DNA from: Hypanus sabinus
Taxonomy: Eukaryota
NCBI RefSeq assembly: GCF_030144855.1
Contig: NC_082708.1
Span: 123,628,001 to 123,692,000 of the forward strand
DNA: 64,000 nt
Direction of reading: 5' to 3'
Below, one piece after another: positions 59,637 through 64,000 of this stretch. The stretch's first letter is position 1, and each line of letters starts with the position of its first letter. The translations under genes were made by a program, and so were the position numbers. The notes under the pieces were generated by a model. It was not told where the DNA came from and searched no databases. It saw only the letters and a program-made list of their open reading frames with translations.

Positions 59637-62600
59637 CTAAAAGACAGAAGAAAACCAGAAGCCTTGCATTAGAGTCATGTGCATTAGACAAAATACAAGA
59701 CTGAAAACCTCAAATATCTCTATTATCTTGGAACATGGAGGAAGTTAATGGTTTATCCAGCCTATCCCCTTAATTGCTGAAACCCTGTTATCATTTCACT
59801 AAATATCCTCCTTATTTCTCCAAGGAAAATGTTTTTAAGCTCAATGCACAAACATGAATGCATTACAACCTGGTGCATTTAGAGCATTTATGAAAATGTT
59901 TGTGTAGCGTACAGTAAAAATTAAAAACAAACATTGTCCAGTTTCTCCACATATATAATTCTTGATCCACTCACTAAAACACAGATTGATAAAAAGTCCT
60001 TCATTAGGATACCACATCCTTATATGGAGCATTGTCAGAGCATTACATCTTTTCCCAGTGAGCAGGATTTAGTTTGTGAGAGATTATAGCCTTAGTATGG
60101 AAGAAGACAAGCCTAAACCTTGTAAATTTGATAAACGTTCAAGGCCGATGCTTCAGTCCAGCATAAAGGGAGTGGTGCATTGACAAAGTGCCATCAATTA
60201 AAGACAAGAAACAAAAAAAATAAGTACAGGGTACATATTGAGCAGATCCAGCAAATGCTCAGAGGATCAGGCAATTTATATTGATAAATAAAGAGAACTG
60301 AAATTTCTGGTTAGAGACCTTATGAAATGGAAATGTTAAATGCTATAAATAGTTATCTATGAGGCAAAGAAAACAAAAAGGAAAGTGAATGGAAAGGGAG
60401 AGTTATTTGCCAATACTGATCATTTTGCCTTTTGAGGAAAAGTTGGATAGGGAAGATTCAGACACAAGAGAAGGGCTTGACCAAAAGACAAATACGAGTC
60501 CTTCAGGCTGATGTAGAAGAGATATTTATGAAAAAATACAAGGATGAACTAGAGATCATGATTTGGAAATAAGAGCTCACCAATTTAAACAAGAAAGAAT
60601 ATTCTTTTCTTCTTGTAAAATTTTAGAGCTCTCATTTAAAAGGAAGAGAAAGCAAAGAGTCTGAATTATTTTTGAGCAGAGGAAAATGGATTCCTGTTAA
60701 AAAGGGGTAAGCGATTACTGGGAGTAAGCAGGAATGCAGATAACAAACAGATTAACCAAGATAGTGTTGGATAGTGGTTTATATGTTGTGAAGGCTGTAA
60801 CCTGCACAGGCAGTGGCAAGATGCTGTTCCTTGAGCTTAATTCAAACAGAACTCAAGGCAGCAGCCAGAACGGTAGTGGAACAAAGAATTAAAAGTGACA
60901 AGGAACTGGAAACAGAGAGCCAGCTTGGTAGACTGGAGGAGCTTCACAAAACAATCATCAATCTCTGCCAAACAGAGAAGGACATCAATCATCAGCACAG
61001 AATATGATATACTCAACTGGAAGTACAAGTACTGTAGTTTACTTGGACAGTATCGGGGTCCCCATACAGAAAAGGAGGTAGAGTTCAGGCAATGCTTTAC
61101 CTACAGGTGCATGGGAAAGTACCACGACAAGGCAAGTGGATGGTGGTGACGATGAAAGAGTAAACCAGAGGGCCCAGGAGAGAACAGTCCTCTCAGAATG
61201 CTCACACTGGAGGGAAGGAGAGAATAGGTGTACTGGTCGTATCCCATTGCCATGGCAGAAATAACTAAATTGGAAAGCTGGGATGTATGAAACTGAAGGA
61301 CAATGGGTATTTTATCCTTGTTCTGGGTAAGAAGGGGGGGTGGGTGAGAACAGATATCCAGGCACAAACCCGGAACGGCATATTGGAAACGCGCTGTGGA
61401 ACCTGGTATGGCAGAACAGACGCAATGGAGACAAAAGTAGAAGTTAATATTCCTCCACCTGAACAGAACAAATTATTTTCCTCGTTAAAATTCAGGGCAC
61501 TTCAATATTATTTCCCATGCACGCTTGAAGGTCAATCAGCTTCAAAGTATTATTTGCCCTGTAAATTTTGCGACATTTCCAGGATGCAATGTTATCACAA
61601 GCAACCCACGTCTTATCCCAACAGGGATACAAGAAGGTGAGAAGAGTGTGCATATCAACCTAGGCTGCAATATTTTGACAAGTGTTTTGAATGCCAAGAT
61701 ATAATAGGTAATGTGCAGCATCAGTCTGAAGATCAACCAAGCAGGCATTAATTTTGGTCTCTACCAAGAAGGCAACTCTCTGGAGACAAACAGATAATTC
61801 AGCACTTACAAATGTCTTCTTATGCGCATCGTGCCCCAGCAACCACAACTATAACGGCTAAAGGAGTAGTAAGCTGCACTTACTGCAGCAGATGGCTCAC
61901 CCCTGTATTTCAACCATCCGCAAGGCACAGATCAGGAACAGGTTCAAGTTTATTTATCACACGTATATCGAAAGAGTGAAATGTGCTGTTGGTGTTTACA
62001 AACAACACACCCGAGAGTGTGCTGGGGGCAGCCCACAAGTCGCTACACACTCTGGTATCAACACAGCACCTCCACAATGCTCGTCAGAACCACACAGGAC
62101 ACAACCAACAGGAAGGTGGCTCCTCCCTCTTGCCCACACGTTCTAATATACAACTCTCTCCCTGTTTCTGCATGAGTGCAGCTTCAACAGTACTAAATAC
62201 ATTTAGCACCTGACTGGCACCCACCCACAGCCCCAAGCACTCAGTCACATCATCACCACCTGCAAAATGCAATAAACTTATTTACAAGTTTCCCTTGAGA
62301 ACATGTCCCATTACTGGAACTCTACCATCAAGCATAACAAGACTGCATGGGCTTGAGAATACTATCACCCATAGATTCCAGTTTAAATCATACGCCACCT
62401 TGATTCTGTACAATGACCATTCTGTCATCACTAAGACTAAATCCTATAGCTCTCTGGACATGCTGCGATAGTTCAAGGTGGTTACTCAACTACCACCTTT
62501 TCATGGGTAACTAGCAATGGGCAATAATATCTTCTCTCTAGAGGTACCCACATCGCGATTCAATTTTAAATATTCTCAGCACGTGAATAACAACAAGGCT

Positions 62601-62643
62601 ACAGAAAATGATTGTCCAGGAGTTACGCATTTCAAGTAGTTAC

Positions 62644-62728
62644 CCAGTCCTTTCATTGCTTTTCGAAGCACCTCTGCATCGTGGTCTGCATCAAAGTTTG
62701 GATAGTCTTTAATAACTCCTCGCGAAGC
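62644..62728 (-). CDS. ANXA5: Annexin A5 coding exon (equivalent of human exon 3), ASRGVIKDYPNFDADHDAEVLRKAMKGLG
   Basis: ttttcag acceptor, gtaact donor; 85 nt as in ANXA5; carries the MKGLG Ca-binding loop of repeat 1. Confidence 0.93.
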
Positions 62729-63199
62729 CTGAAAAGAGTCACGGAAAAAATATCAGTTATCAGTAATTACCTCTTGAAAAATACAACTGTGAATATAAAA
62801 TTTGCCAGACTTCTTCTTCAAATCTGAAGATGCAGCTCATTACATGTTGTAGGTTGACCTCCACCACAGCGACAGAACAATGGCACAGGAATGAGTAGCA
62901 CTGCAGAACAAGGCCTTTAACTGAATCAGTTTGCCATAGTAGTCATCAATACCAAGTGCTAAGTAACTTTAAAACATCTTTCTTGCTCTGATGAATTTCT
63001 GCTTCAGAAACTCAAACTCACCATCATCTTACCCACTTTGTCCACAACCTGCTTCCTCATCAGTCGCACAACAGAAGTGGTGCATCTTTCTATATTACCG
63101 ATTTGTTTAATATATACAACTTTTGATGCACATACAAATATCAGATTGAAATCAAAATCCAGTTTGAACTATTCAACTGTTTTTTTTAAAAAGGGGGAG

Positions 63200-63720
63200 A
63201 ATAAAACAATTCCTAATTAAGGCAAGAAAATATGCATATCAAGAAATGTGAAATAAAAAAAACTAAATGGACCAGCTAGTGGGAAGAGAAATAGTTAACA
63301 TTTCAGATCTAAGAACGGGAAAAGAGAAAACATTAGCTTTATATTACAGAGAAGCAGGGCTGTGGGAATGGAGACATGGGACAATTTATGCTAGGGTGAG
63401 GCCAGAGTTGCCCCTGGAGGTAAGTGGTGGACAGGGGATTAACAACAGCAGATATACAAAATAAAGGGGTGCAGAATGTTTAAAAACTGCGGGCTGGTGT
63501 ACATTCCTTGGGGACCAGGGTGTGCCAAGACAGAGGGGAAATCAAGCCAATATCACAGGCGGATGAGTGAAAGTGGATAAGACCAGTTCTGATAGTGGGC
63601 AAAGTAAATGACAAATGGTAATATTTTCCGTATCCAGCACTGAAGGGTGCAACATACCCAGATGGAATTTGAGGTACTGTCCTCAGGTTTACATTTGCTT
63701 TACTTTACAAGTGAGGAACA
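63200..63720 (-). mobile_element. Very degraded Penelope-like 3' fragment
   Basis: Weak similarity (caacatacccagatggaatttgagg) to the reverse complement of the Penelope end at 40180-40260. Confidence 0.4.
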
Positions 63721-64000
63721 CCATATACAGATAATTCAGCGGGAGCGGGGTTTAGAATTAACGAGCAAAGATAAGTGTGTTTTAAAACGCTGGTGGGTTA
63801 TTGGTGGTAGAAAGGCTGGGGGACCAAGAAATCTATTTTATAAAACCAGAATGCTTTTAGCCTCGCCCTTTCAGAAGTTAGTTTTTATGCCTTCGAGTAT
63901 TTGGAATTGGTCCAACGTTTTTATTTAAAAAATTCAGTTTAATAAAGTACTACTGGAAAATTAAAAGTCTGACTTTGCCTCACATGACAGAGTTGGCAAT

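Noticed and set aside
62729-64000. Search for the ANXA5 start (ATG) exon
   Set aside because: No convincing short exon with ATG and donor was found; it is presumed to be outside the window.
1-64000. CRISPR arrays, rRNA or tRNA genes, prokaryotic operons
   Set aside because: None seen; the tRNA-like boxes belong to SINE heads and retroelement primer sites.

Overview
Eukaryotic (vertebrate) genomic DNA, most likely a cartilaginous fish judging from its repeat content (inference). Most of the supplied ORF track is noise or broken retroelement sequence. The one clear host gene is annexin A5 on the minus strand. I traced 11 coding exons by hand (62728 down to 14568), all GT-AG, with lengths 85/95/114/91/80/57/94/96/59/123/63 nt matching the ANXA5 pattern and giving an open 318-aa frame; the start exons appear to lie beyond the window. 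A probable Cys/Pro-rich last exon of an unidentified plus-strand gene lies at 1841-2153. The rest is dense, nested retroelement sequence: (1) a young full-length Gypsy (4414-8802, TSD CTAAT) whose primer-binding position is a perfect 16-bp complement of its own LTR rather than of a tRNA; (2) a Hero-like RT+RLE LINE; (3) a decayed, probably epsilon-like endogenous retrovirus (about 30978-42966) holding a PNMA-gag-like LTR element, CR1s and a hammerhead-bearing Penelope fragment; (4) a young non-autonomous Gmr1-like LTR element (52587-57300) whose pol is replaced by a frame containing a second protease copy lacking the catalytic motif; (5) many CR1, Rex1/Babar, SINE and Penelope fragments. No rRNA, tRNA gene or CRISPR array was found. 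Boundaries of degraded repeats are approximate.
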